NCBI GenBank assembly: GCA_032718475.1
Contig: JAUCBJ010005502.1
Span: 1 to 57,538 of the forward strand
Direction: 5' to 3'
Length of the DNA stretch: 57,538 nt
Origin: Nemertoderma westbladi
Taxonomy: Eukaryota; Animalia; Xenacoelomorpha
The notes under the pieces were generated by a model. The model was not told the origin of the DNA, made no database searches, and was given only the letters and a program-made list of their open reading frames with translations. A program made the translations under genes and the position numbers. Within the stretch, counting starts at the first letter, position 1, and each line of letters starts with the position of its first letter. Positions 36,882 to 48,100 of this stretch are shown here, one piece after another.

Positions 36882-38399
36882 GGACGAGACAATTCGACAA
36901 CTTATTCGACAACTTAGGCAGGGATATTAAAGTTTAGGAGAATAACGACTGATTTGTTAATGGGATTTCTGTGGAATGATCTAAAAATAATATTATTATT
37001 TTATTGAGTCCTTATAATTAGCCAAATTGAATACCAATTTGAGTAACTAAAGCTACTTCAACTAAGCCTACTAGTCCATTTTTTCCTTTTCAAAATAAGA
37101 ACTTAGATCCTTGTCCAGATTATTTTTTCAGTTTGGTATAAGACACTGTCTTTTTGACACACCCAAACTCCTCTTCCTCTCTGAGTTTCATTCGACTGTT
37201 TTTTTTCTTTATTTATTGAACAATTGTTACTTCTTTTTTTTCCTCTAGGTGGATTATTATTTTTTCTTTGCTATTTTTGCCCTTGTTTTTTGTCCAATAA
37301 TTTTTTTTTACATTTTCTTTTCTCCCATCTTGTTTTCTCCCTTCTTGTTTTTTCCCTTCTTGTTTTCTCTGTTCAACACTGTTCAACCATCTTATTAACC
37401 ATCCATATTGACCGCAAGGGATCTGGGGGGAGACAAATAACCTGGTTAGTTCCTATGAATGGAATGGGTCTTGGAATACGACCTCTGGGTTGTAATCGAT
37501 GAGATCCAACAGGATAGTACCCATCGCAGCAGTGGTCTCACAGATATACTGTACAACCACGTCACCACATCTCCCCAACCAAATGAAATTGCTTAAATCC
37601 AAAGTGAAACGAGAAACACGAGGTAGCATTGGAAGTTCAAGCACTTTGAGAGGCAGCAATGAGTAAAAAGTCTCCACAAGATTGGGTTTCCTGAGTCCCG
37701 GATGAAGTATGGGAAGTTGACTCAATGCATTGCAGTGGATCTGGGTAATCCTTCTGGTAGGTCCGGAATAGGCATGGATTGAAATCTCCATATATATATA
37801 CATATATAAATCTCTATTTGAATTCTCCATATATACATGTGTAATGTATATTGGTGGTCTCAATGATGGTTAGTGTACCTTAAAACAAAATGTCAAGGTC
37901 AGGTCAGGTATTCTAGGTCATTGATCAAGAAAACTACTAGCTACACCATGACTCATAAATTATTCCATGCAAATATATAATTGAGAATTAAATTACCGGT
38001 ATATATTACATTTACTAGCTAATAAAACTAGCTAACGCAAAATCAAAAGTACTAGCTACCATCTTACTGTCAGAAGGTCAAATATTTGTTCTAGATAAAA
38101 AAACCTCATAATAAAGTACATTTTTACAAGAAAAAACTTGGTAATTTTTTTTTCAATTTTTCAATTATAATTTTTTTCACTAGCTAATAAAAAGTACTAG
38201 CTAATACAAAATCAAAATTACTAGCTACCATCATACTGCCAGAAAGGTAAATATTTGTTCTAGAACATAAAACCTCATGATAAAAACCATTTTCATATGA
38301 AACAATTTGTTTAAAAAGTGGGTACCCCTAACATAGTAGTACCCACTAGCTACCATATAATATATATTAAGGTTCTAGAATATTCACCATTATATAGTA

Positions 38400-38612
38400 C
38401 CAATTAAATTTGGTCCCGGACAATTCTGTCCCATTAATATGCATGTTTTGGGACCGAATTGTCCTAGTCAGTATCCAGACAATTCGGTCCCGGACAATTC
38501 GGTCCCGGACAATTTGGTCCCGGACAATTCGGTCCCGGACAATTCGGTCCTGGAAAATTCGGTCCCAAAACACAAAATTAATGGGACCGAATTGTCAGGG
38601 ACCGAATTGTCC
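38400..38612. mobile_element. MITE-like array of 16-bp ggacaattcggtccc(n) repeats in both orientations; shorter counterpart at 34100-34215
   Basis: Direct repeats plus inverted gggaccgaattgtcc copies. Confidence 0.7.
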
Positions 38613-39094
38613 TGCTTCCATAGAATTCTTTGAACAGCATATTTTTAAAGAACGCTCCAGAACATCCAAAGCCTTACCCTTTAAAAACTTCGGCATAAAT
38701 TCTAACCGCTGATTATCATCCAATTCAGGACACTCCAAATGTACACATACTCGTTTTTTGAATGCTGGAAACCTTGATGGCTCACCAGAAATTTTATAGG
38801 ATTTATGGATGCTAGGTATTGTATTTTAGCAAGAACAACGTCTGGCCTTGGCTGCATATTACTGGGATCCTTTTTAACAACATTCGAACCATAGCCATTA
38901 TAAAGTACATTAGATGATACAGGTTCATATACCATCCGACTTTGGTAGTTACCAGAGGTTGTATAGTTAGGTTGTACATTTTGATACTTGTACTTCACTT
39001 CAGTACTATTGCTTATATTTTTAGCTATTGTTGGTGCAACACCAACATCACCATAACAAATTGGTTGATGTTGTTGTGATGTGGGTAAAATATC

Positions 39095-40492
39095 CCTACC
39101 CCATCGTTCTGATTATACATGTACGACGCTACAGGTCAACATGGCCTCATACATCGAGATATACTCGTCACCCAAACTGGGACTGAAGGTGGATAAGATC
39201 TGGTCACTGATGTTTATCGCTTCGTCATCGACTGCGTTGTAAGACTTACGTCCCAAGGGAGGAAGAATTCCGTCAGGGGTTGGACTACCCAGGTAGGCGA
39301 CGAACTCTTCAATGATCGGATCCGCTTTAGCTGATTGAATCGTAAAATTATGTAGAGACATTCCCTCATCTATAAATATTCTTTTCCTAGACTCCCTGGC
39401 GCGACCCACGCCAAATAATGTCTTCTCTGCTCCTGATATCAGATCGTTAGATCTCCTAGGTTCCTTCATGTTATTAGCCCAGTGCGGTAGGCACTTCCGC
39501 ACTGTAATTTCGAACTCTCTGCTTGTGCTTTGATCTGGCACTAGATGTAATAGGAAATTTTCACATGCCTTAACGTTTGTAGTGTTATCTTTTAACGGCG
39601 CTTTTCGCATCAGTAGCGGGAACATGGTTTTCCATTTTATGCAACAACCCTCATTAAGAGGGGTCTTGTCAGCGTGAGTAAGTACCTGGAAAGATGTTCT
39701 CGGGGTAAACATGGTCTGCAATGAAATTCTAATACATTCGTTACGGAGATCTAACCGCTTGATTTTACACCTCGATACAGCTTGAGTTGGATCAACTTCT
39801 CTCTGGTTGAAGAGGGTTAAAACCTCTTTGGTCATCTCGAGAACTTGAGGGGCCTCATTAGTCCTGGCTGCAATCCTGATACGCTCACAGTCATAATCTG
39901 ATAATTGTAATTTAATGTTAACTAGAGCGTCCTTAATATATTGTTGAGAATTTAGCGCACTAACGTCACCACAGAGTATTTCGGGTTGGAAAAAGTCAAC
40001 TGCTATTATTGTAGTGAGATTCCTCACTCCTTTGACGATTAGGGTTTCTACCTTGCGGTCGTACGATCGTAGAGCGTTTCCAACGTAAGACACCGCTATT
40101 TCCACTAACTGCGGTTCAATGTCTGGTTTTACAGGGGCTTTGTTTTTATTGTACTCAGTACCATTCTTGATAATCCCTTTCTTGATCAGGTCCGGCATGT
40201 AGTTCTCTAACTTATCGTCCCATTCGGGTGGAGTATACAACCAGCGCTTTGAAATGGCAGTTCCTCTGTCCAATCCTTCTAGCACGATGTACTCATCAAC
40301 CATATGGTCTCTTTCTAAACTACCTTTGATTAAGAAGCAGTCGTGAACCTGAGAACAAACTATGTAGTGAATGCACCACATCCATTTGGATAATGAATGT
40401 TGCTCTTCATTTCCTCTAAACCACCCCGGGCGGGTGGTGTCGGGTATCAATGATAGGATTTCAGCGGGTATCGTGCTGAGCAGTTTAGACAT
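39095..40492 (-). pseudogene. PA: Second, 3'-truncated copy of the orthomyxovirus-like PA element
   Basis: Nearly identical to copy 1 over ~460 codons; 6-nt in-frame deletion, 2-nt frameshift near 39137, then deletion of the C-terminal third. Confidence 0.93.
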
Positions 40493-40503
40493 TTTATTAA
40501 GAA

Positions 40504-40518
40504 CCTCTTGCTATTGCT
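40504..40518 (-). promoter_or_regulatory. Putative viral segment terminus AGCAATAGCAAGAGG (copy 2)
   Basis: Same motif and spacing as copy 1. Confidence 0.7.
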
Positions 40519-41968
40519 GGACGAGACAATTCGACAACTTATTCAACAACTCGAGACAACTTAGGCAGGGATATTAAAGTTTAGGAGAATAACGACTGAG
40601 ACAATATATATATACATATATTTCATGTATTAACAAATCTCGGTATATTGCCACGTCGAAACTAAAACAAACAAACGATATCAGTGTTCAGAGTTGTACT
40701 AAACTACAAGTCAAATAATTATAGCATATGATTTGTACTGTATATAAAATAACTGAAAATAAACCACGATTGAAATGTATAGGCTGAATAGATATGATGA
40801 CAAATATTTTAATACTTATATATATTTAAGGACAAATATTTTAATACTTATATATATTTATATATATATATTTATTACTTATATATAATATTTATATATT
40901 TATATATATATATATTTATTTATATTCATCTAAATATAGAACTAGTAGTACGAGTAACATTATATATAATATATATACGGATCTGCTAATAAGTTTAAAT
41001 ACATACCTTGTCTCCACATCAAATATATCGAGATATTCAAATCCAAGATAATCAATAATGATACTACATAAATCTACAATATATAACTAGAATGGCTATG
41101 TATAACTTTAAAACTAATTGACACAACGCAAAACTAAACATTTGCAGCTAATAAATACTTAACGTGTACAAGCAAATTGTACAGTAAAACAATATAACTA
41201 CAAAACTGACTGAGTAAAAAACTAATAAACGAATTTGAATGATCGTACTAATGTTACTGTAGCTTACCTATTATAGGCAAACCAATAAACTATTAATTGT
41301 AACAACAAAATCAGCCAAAATGCAAAGCTACAGCTGTATCACAGCAATCACATATGAATGCATCAAAAAACAATATTAAATTAGCTCTAATATATATATA
41401 TAGGTGCCAAGTTCAAATTCATAAGTACTGCCTAGCTGGCAGTAACATCTAGCCTGGCTAGTTTTAATATGTAATTGGTTAGAACACAAAAAAATGTTGT
41501 GTTTGGTTTGATAATTCTGAAGGTATATGGATTTTCGAGGTCGCTGATCACGATGAAACTTGTTAAAAATATTTCTGGTAAGTCAATCATTTTTTGTGCC
41601 ATTTTTCATACCTCAGGATAAAAAGTAAAAGTAGCAGTAAAAGAAGTAAATATTTGAACATGCTGATACCTATTTCTTCAAGAAGGTAACTTTTAAGAAG
41701 ATATGTAAGACATCTGGAAATATGTATGAAACTGTTGTTTCATCGGGTAAACTCTACTACTGTTGGCTTACCGTCAAAAAGGGAATGAAAGCAGTAGCCA
41801 GCTCAGTGTGAAAGCCATCTGCTAGTGGCAAATACCACTAACTTCGCTATTATAAGACTGTGATTTGAAGGAACTCAAGTTAGAATGTGAGTCTAGCCTG
41901 AATCATCTCAGTTACACAAAGGCAAATCGTCAATTTACCATCACCACAACGAATTACTGTTTTCAGAC

Positions 41969-42547
41969 TTGCCATGTTATCTCATTGATAACAACGTTAT
42001 TTATGATGGCCTTAATGTAGATTTTAATACACTCGTATCGATAAGTAAATGGGATATGGTCAACCCAAATGCTTTATTTGAGGATAATTTTCTTAACATA
42101 GCTGCTTCCATTCTTAAAATACCACCACCATCTGACTCTAATGAAGCTATTCTAATGAAGGCCCTTATAGAATACCATCTTGGTCGTGCAACAAGGTATC
42201 TGTGCACCTTCCAAAAGGTGCCCTGTGGAAGGTTGCCTTCTGTTAAGGACTATAAATACCTTGACGAACGTAATGGTGGATGACTATATAATTAAGAAGA
42301 TTCCAACCCGTTTGTTGTTTTCCTGCAGGATAGTAGGCAGGGTGTGGTCATCTACAATGAACATCGGTTTGTCCGCCCTAATGTGATTCAGGCAATAGAC
42401 TTTGCCTTTCAGCTGTTGCATGTTTGCAATCTTGAGTATCAGAAAGCGAGTATTCAGGCATGGTTGCTCCTGGAACACATTTATGGTGTGCCACCGATGC
42501 AACAATCCTCTAAAGTATCGACAATTCGCTCAGAGTTAGGCATGTAA
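41969..42547 (+). pseudogene. Decayed SAMD3-like C-terminal domain, typical of accessory ORFs of CACTA/EnSpm-group transposons
   Basis: AIDFAFQLLHVCNLEYQKASIQAWLLLEHIYGV pattern; frameshifted relative to 41969-42283. Confidence 0.45.
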
Positions 42548-42889
42548 AATAACCTTTCGATGCAAACAAAATGCATCCATCTCCAGGGGAAAATCGTTGC
42601 AAAGAACACCTGATTACTCCTAAAAATAGAACTGTAACCTGTTATATTGACTTTTGTTTATTGTTTTTGGTTGGAATAACGTGCACTTTACGTACCTGCT
42701 CCTTTTCCTAACTTGATAATTTAACATTGATACGAAATATTGATGCGCCGAGATGAGAAGTGCGTCCAGGGCTCACCCCCCCTCTCCCCTTATATCACAT
42801 TTTAGCAGTTGTGTGTCATTATCTGCACAGTATCATTACTATTATAGGGTAAATCTTTTCGACCTACGCATACGCCTACGCATAGCTAC

Positions 42890-43738
42890 GTGTAGTTTCA
42901 CGGATACAACAATCATAGTTGCGAGTTGATCCTCATAAGATAAACCGTCGAGTTCTGCTTCTGCCCCAATTGCTTTAAGTCGGACCAGGTAATCGCTAAG
43001 TCGTTCCCCTTTAGCTTGGCGACATTTTTGGAAGTTTACTCTCAGTGTCAGTACAAAATATTTCTGCTCAAAGTGTTTAGTAAGTCGATCCTAACAGTCA
43101 TTGATAGGGACTGAATCATCTGCCCCAAGGATTTGTATCAGTTCGTGTTTCATTTTCTCTGAGAGACATTTCTCCAAGTGGCCCCGGTATGCATCTAACG
43201 GGAGGCGATTCATGTTATTAGCTGTGGAATATCGAATAAACGCTTTTTTCCAGCTTTTGAATCCAATAAATGTTGTATCGGTTTCGAGGCATATCTCAGG
43301 TTTCAGAGAAGAATCTATCTTTGGATGTCTATCACTGCGTTCAGGTGTTGTAGTTCTCGCAGCCTGTAGATTTGCATGAACTGGAGTTTTTGTGTTAAAT
43401 TGTATTCTACAGCGTCTAATGTGACGGCGCAGACGTCCCAATTCATCTTCCAAACTTAAATATTCTATATATCTAGGTTCTTGTTCGGAAGTATCTTCAT
43501 CGAGTCCCTCAATCCGGTGACTTCCATTGACTGAATTCAGGAATTTCTCTATGGATCCTTTGGCCAACGTAAACTCATCCTCCGTTTCCGCCAAGTCAAT
43601 TTCATAATCTGGATCATCAGTGTCTTTGTCAACTAAACAACTAACGTAGGTCTCCAGTTTATCAATAGCCCTTTTGGCTTGTAAGGCGTACTGGCCACGG
43701 CTTCGCCGGGCTGTCGTAATATCGCCCTTCATTGACAT
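42890..43738 (-). mobile_element. Ty3/gypsy gag, one premature stop, 3'-truncated
   Basis: LKPEIC...FKSWKKAFIRY; reads past the stop into RVNFQKCRQAKGERLSDYLVRLKAIG (major-homology-like region). Confidence 0.8.
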
Positions 43739-43824
43739 TTTGTGGCGTTTACCGGTAGAGATCAGACATCCATCATTAATGAATATTAGGTAGGCTTATA
43801 ACATAGGTACATAACGCAGCGCCA

Positions 43825-44036
43825 TGTGATATCTGGCTCCCGATCAGATCACAAAATATAATAACATATTAAAATACTTAATATTAATTATTATTCGATA
43901 GTTTATAGTTTAAAATATCATAGTAAGTTCCCTATTAGCCTAGGACCCAACTTGTACTACACCGGTATAATAATACAGTAGTACGCTATTTGAAATTCCC
44001 GCCAATACGGTAATAATGTAATTTATGTATATCACA
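43825..44036 (-). mobile_element. 212-bp LTR
   Basis: Perfect 8-bp inverted ends TGTGATAT...ATATCACA; PBS TGGCGCTGCG directly downstream (43824-43815); purine tract aagggggag directly upstream. Confidence 0.85.
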
Positions 44037-44366
44037 ATAACTCCCCCTTGAAATGACTCCCCAGTCATATCAGCCTAGCCTGAGAACACTCCCCAGTTAT
44101 CTCAGCCTAGGCTGCGAACACTCCCCTTAGGCTGAGATGGCTCTCCTAATTGAGTTATAATTAATATCTGTGTTATTGTACGCAGTGTTAGCGTACCTGT
44201 GTTATTTTCGTATATTGCAAAAATAAAATCCTTTGCCGGATGCCAGATAAACCGGGAAGATTTTGACTTTTTGATCGGATGCCAGATAAACCGGGAAGAT
44301 TTTGGCTTTTTTATTGACCTTTGCCGGATGCCAGATAAACCGGGAAGATATTGAGAATGATTAGGC

Positions 44367-44582
44367 TTACTTTTTAGATGGAAAAAGGAAGTCAAATGTG
44401 GCCCTGAACTCAGAGTGGTTATGTAGAATAAACTGCATATTTCGTGAAGATGAAGTTAAGTCCCAGTCTCCATCAACGAAACAGTTCATAATACATTCCT
44501 TTGTGACCTCCTGAACATCATCGAAAGCAGGATATTTCCAACGTTTATCAGATACAGGATCTACCCGTTCCAAATGGTTCAA
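44367..44582 (-). pseudogene. C-terminal fragment of a probable transposon-associated protein
   Basis: HLERV...WKYP..DD......I..C.VDGDWD; isolated fragment, assignment from memory only. Confidence 0.3.
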
Positions 44583-45147
44583 ACATAAGTTGACTCCTTT
44601 CTTTCTTTCTTCAACTCAAACGATTTATAAATAGTAGGCCTGCCATACAACAACTAGGTCTCAATATCAGTTGGACTACTGCTCAAATAACGGTAATAAA
44701 GTAAGTTAAAGTAACCAAGTAACCCCTAAAATTCAGAATTTCAATTATTCTAAAATAATTGATATACCGGTATTTACAATAGGCTTATTATATTTATTTC
44801 TATAAATTTAGGCGGCAATTATACCGGTATTCTGTAATTAATTCTAGTCCATAATTATACTTATATATACTATAAGTGTAAGCTGTATACCGGTATTCAC
44901 GATAGGCCTATTATATATTTATATATATTTGTGCTGAAATTACATACCGGTATTCTGTGACAAACCTAGTCTGTAATAATACTTATATATATTGTAAGTG
45001 TATACCGGTATTCTAATATATTATATATATATCACGTTACACTGAGTAACAGTATCGGTAATTAATTACTAGGCTAACAGTGATACTGAATTACTAGACT
45101 TGCTTAAACTGTAATATAGCAGTAGGCATTCAACTGTACAAACAAAC

Positions 45148-48100
45148 ATGTCTGACACAAAACGGGCACTGTCAGATAGTCTTTTGAAAGGTGTTAGAAT
45201 GAGTCTTCGACTTGGACAGTGTCTTGAAAGGATAGAAGACGGAAAAGAAGCGGAAAGAAAAGTAGCAGCGGCAGAAGCGGAAAGAAAAGCGGCAGAGGCA
45301 GTGGCAGAAGCAGAACGGAAGGCGTCTGAAGCGACTACCCAACTAGAGCTTGAAAGCCTTCAGGCGAAACAAGATTACTTGAAGAAACAAACCGGAAGAC
45401 AGGGATTTGTCCCCTCCGATGAGGGTGATGTAAGAGATCCCGAAAGTGGAGGTAATAAATCTCGTTCAAGCGGACGTAGAAGAAGCCACACCGTCGGAGG
45501 TTGTCTGATTTCCCTCTTGGGGTGAGAGGGCGAATCTTGTATCATTCATTAGGTAATCTTGAACCCACAGACCAAATTATTACAGTAGAAAGACTCCCTA
45601 CTATAGTAGATGAGCCTGAAATAATTAGGCCTGTTCTCGAAGCCACCCCTTCGGTGATAGAGACACCTGTACTCCCAGAACCTACCTCTAAATTCCCTTT
45701 GCACAGCACGAAACTACCTGTGCCCAGTAGGACTGTTCCCGAGTCCGAACCCATCCCGGACGCCGAGCGAGATATCGAGAATTTATCACCCGTCGTCTCT
45801 CGCTTGCCCGCTACTACGTTGGCGACTCCCGCTTCGGCGGTCGAGTGGGTAGCTGAGGGATGACGGGAGATGGGTCTCCTGCTCGGGCAGCTGAGGGAAC
45901 ATTGTAAATGTTCCTCCCAGCAGGTCCGGGAGTTGGAAGGGACTGTTCAGCAGTTAAAGGGAGCAGTAAGAGAGGGTAGGTTAGCGTTGCAAGAAGTGCA
46001 GCAGAGTATCGCGTCAGAACGCGATAAGTTAGTAAATTTACAAAAGGGTATACCACCACCCTCTGTAACAATGTGTCAACCTGTTAGGTCTGAAGTATTT
46101 CATGCGCAAGGTGTGGAGCCTACACGCATCTATACTGCTAGTGAAGTAGAAACTCCTATAGTAAACCCTATTAAGGGTAATTATAAACCTGTTGACAGTG
46201 ATATTCCATATAGACTTGATAATAATCCGAGAAATTTATATACCGATAACTCGATATTAAATAATACGATGGCCCAAGAAAGTTTTACGCGTCAAATGGC
46301 TAGAACCGAAGCCCGTCAAGCGGTAAAGATGGGAGAGATCGTCAAGTTCAATGGAGATGAGATGAAATGGTTACCTTTTAATGAATATTACAAAGATAAC
46401 ATACAGCACTCCGTGTTATCTAACGGAGAAAAGCTTAGATTCCTCATCGAGTGCTTGGAAGGATCTCCCAAGTTAATGGCGTTAAAGTTTATTGGACATC
46501 CAGATGGATTAAGACAAGTTTGGGATACATTAAACATGAGGTATGATAATAGGAATAACATAGCTAGGTATTTGTATGCAAAATTAATGGCGCCCCGAAA
46601 GTTTCTTAGCAGCGGGATTATAGAGTTTTCCGACGAGATTCAGGAGATCTGTAGACCTGCTAGATTGGTTAGGTAAGTCTCGTGAATACCAGAATTCTAT
46701 GGTTGTAGGAGCCTTAGCATCTACTTTGCCCAAGGGTGGAGTAGGTACACGCTGGGACAAGAATGTGTTATATATGATGGAACAACAACGAAGAGACCCT
46801 ACCATGGCTGATCTCATGTCATTCTTAGATGGAGAGGTAAAATTACAGCTTCTAAAACAGTCCAGAGAGAAGACACCGGAAAATAAGGTAAGTGAGAAAC
46901 CCGTTTCTAGGAGAAAGGTAATATCAGTGTGTTATACAGACGACGGCGAAAGCCAGGCTTCTCAAGAGGAAGACAGCGGGAAAGACACTGAAAGATCTTA
47001 CTATGACAACACAACGCCTAAGGACGTAAGTAAATTCAAGTCTCGAACCAATGACAGGAGAGAACAGGTAAGAAAAACTCCTCCCACGTCTCCTAAAAGA
47101 ATTCACGGAAGAAAGCCCGAGGAAAGAACGAGCGTGCACCACACAGCACATTTTAAAGTAAGTAACATCAAGCCCAAATGTGTGTTGTGCGACGGGCCCC
47201 ACCGTTTAAATGTGTGTAATGAATTCCTAAAGAAATCATTAAAGGATAGACGTGAAGTCATGTGGGATAAGCGGTTGTGTTATAATTGTCTCAGACGAGG
47301 ACACCAACGGCGAACCTGTTACTCTGACACAAGATGTGCCAAGTGCGGTGCGAAACATCATATCTTGTTGCACACTGAATTCGAGCGAAATAGTCCGAGT
47401 CAGGTAAGTGATTCCGAACTACATGTCCAATTCAGTGATGTGAACGACACTGATCAATCTGAGATGGAAGGATTCTATACGGACGAGTTCTCCGACGAAA
47501 ACGAATCCTGTTACATGATAAATACCACAGTGTTCGAGCACTCATTTATGAAAAAGATACAGACATTGACCTCGCTCTAACTACTTCTGATCGACAACCA
47601 TCTTGGAAAGCGCCAACTTCCAATGTAGGGATTAGAGAATTTCCTGTGGTACAGGTAAGGGTCCACGGACCAAAAAGGAGTTATGTAGTGAACGCCCTCC
47701 TCGACTCCGGTAGTACAGGAACATTCATCGACAAAGAGCTAGCCGAAGACATATTCGCTGGACAACCCAAGTTCCGAACTAAGCTAAACATGTCAGGGAT
47801 TATGCAAGTTTGGAAATCCACAGTAACAGCGGACTATTATGTAGGTGCGTTGTCCACCCCCCAGGACGAACTAGGAGAACATAGCATAAGGTCAGTGAAA
47901 ATGGTGGCTATAAAGAACTTCGCTACTACTCAAGCAGACCTTTATAATTGGTGTGGGATGTGGTGTGGTGTGGGGTGTGGGCGCTATGTGATGGGACCCA
48001 TCGCTTAAATATGTGTGATGAATTTCTAAAGAAATCATTAACTGAGAGACGTGAAGTCATGTGGGACAAGCGGTTGTGCTATAATTGCCTCAGACAAGGA

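Larger units (their letters stand above)
32647..40599. repeat. Head-to-tail segmental duplication: unit 1 32647-36951, unit 2 36952-40599
   Basis: atttgttaatgggatttctgtgg starts at 32647 and 36952; ...ggagaataacgactga ends both units; unit 2 lacks ~800 bp equivalent to ~34652-35450. Confidence 0.95.

Noticed and set aside
38367-38712. Short ORFs with RDRIV/SRTIR/PDNSV repeats (similarly 11848-12049)
   Set aside because: Translations of 15-16-bp tandem DNA repeats
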